Assembly: GCA_963789265.1 (NCBI GenBank)
Contig: CAWBKB010000001.1
Coordinates: 128,001 to 192,000 of the forward strand
Reading direction: 5' to 3'
Length of the DNA: 64,000 bases
DNA from: an uncultured delta proteobacterium
Lineage (GTDB): Bacteria; Desulfobacterota; Desulfomonilia; Desulfomonilales; Desulfomonilaceae
The notes beneath the pieces were generated by a model, which searched no databases, was not told where the DNA came from, and saw only the letters and a program-made list of their open reading frames with translations. This document shows positions 63,276 to 64,000 of this stretch, piece by piece (the stretch's first letter is position 1; every line of letters starts with the position of its first letter). The position numbers and the translations under genes were made by a program.

Positions 63276-64000
63276 GTGGCAGATCACTTTGGAGCGTTCC
63301 TCAAAAAGAATAAAACATACGCGGCTTGCGTTTGTTTTTCCGTTGTCTGGGGCTTGTTAGCTACTCTCCTTATCTTTCTGTTTCCATCTCCCTTCGAGAA
63401 TTTGAATTTTAAGATATATGACTGGCAGCTCGCGATCGATCCCGTTCGGAGTTATTCGTCGGCCATTGTTCACGTAGACATTGATGATCGGGCTGTCAAA
63501 GAATACGGCCAGTGGCCCTGGGACAGGTCACTCAGCGCTAAGATAGTTGAAAAACTTTCTGAATTCGGGGCTGGGGCAATAGCATTCGACATCTTTTACT
63601 CCGCCGCGGGAAAGAGCAAAGAAGGCAATGATGCCTTCTTTGGAGCGATCAAACGAGCGGGGAATGTTGTCTCAGCCACTGGCCTTGGTCGGCTGACCGA
63701 CATCTCCGATAAGTCCATAGAGTTGCCCCGGGATCGTTCCAAGGCGGATGCACTTTACGATAAGGGGTGGTCTTTGGCGGTTCCCGGGACCTTTCACTTG
63801 TTACGGGTTTACAAGCTGCAAGATTCTGCACTACCGCTATTGCCAATAATTCAAACGTCGAGCGGAGTCGGCCACATTGCGGCTAATCCGGACAGGGATG
63901 GCGTTTATCGAAGGGTAGCGCTTCTCGTGAGAGTGGAAGACCGCTGCATCCCCAGCTTGAGTCTTTCGACATTGATGACCTATTGGAAGCTTACCGCCGA
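63276..64000 (+). CDS. CHASE2 sensor-domain membrane protein (runs off the window)
   Basis: Own translation from GTG 63276: TM helix, IVHVDIDD, GQWPWDR, IAFDI, PDRDGVYRR. Confidence 0.9.
   Translation, partial: MADHFGAFLKKNKTYAACVCFSVVWGLLATLLIFLFPSPFENLNFKIYDWQLAIDPVRSYSSAIVHVDIDDRAVKEYGQWPWDRSLSAKIVEKLSEFGAGAIAFDIFYSAAGKSKEGNDAFFGAIKRAGNVVSATGLGRLTDISDKSIELPRDRSKADALYDKGWSLAVPGTFHLLRVYKLQDSALPLLPIIQTSSGVGHIAANPDRDGVYRRVALLVRVEDRCIPSLSLSTLMTYWKLTA

Noticed and set aside
12461..64000. Gasdermin, T6SS structural genes or a diversity-generating retroelement as explanation for the cluster
   Set aside because: No gasdermin-like ORF, T6SS core gene, reverse transcriptase or adenine-specific template/variable repeat pair was recognised; remote homology cannot be excluded without searches.

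Overview
The window has three parts. (1) 1-1.7 kb: the end of an MFS transporter gene, then the 3' half of a tRNA-Asp(GTC) that looks like an att junction. (2) 1.9-12 kb: an accretion-type accessory region with two HEPN-motif proteins, decayed toxin-antitoxin pairs, four fragments of the same tyrosine-integrase C-terminus, a DUF89/ARMT1-like gene, a Fur/PerR regulator and katG. (3) 12.4-64 kb: a roughly 52 kb cluster of mostly signal-peptide-bearing proteins: six TPR-CHAT proteases plus relics, five caspase-family (C14) proteases fused to DUF4384-like or Sel1 domains, four TPR-OmpA proteins, four ankyrin proteins, DUF4384-like adaptors, a beta-propeller protein, a DUF3160-like protein, a VanX-type dipeptidase, a CHASE2 sensor, and an ECF sigma/zinc-finger anti-sigma pair. 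By eye I found a bipartite motif, TGTCA-N19(20)-ACT, at 10 good sites and 1 weak site upstream of transcription units in this cluster, including the sigma operon itself. I also found two recurring short linker motifs, one Met-centred and one Lys-centred, that look like protease target sites. Together these suggest an ECF-controlled, extracytoplasmic CHAT/caspase proteolytic signalling network with a variable TPR sensor repertoire; this model is inference. Many genes carry single-base homopolymer indels that are probably sequencing errors. Domain calls rest on motif recognition, not database searches. The host resembles a Desulfomonile-like deltaproteobacterium, which is only an impression.
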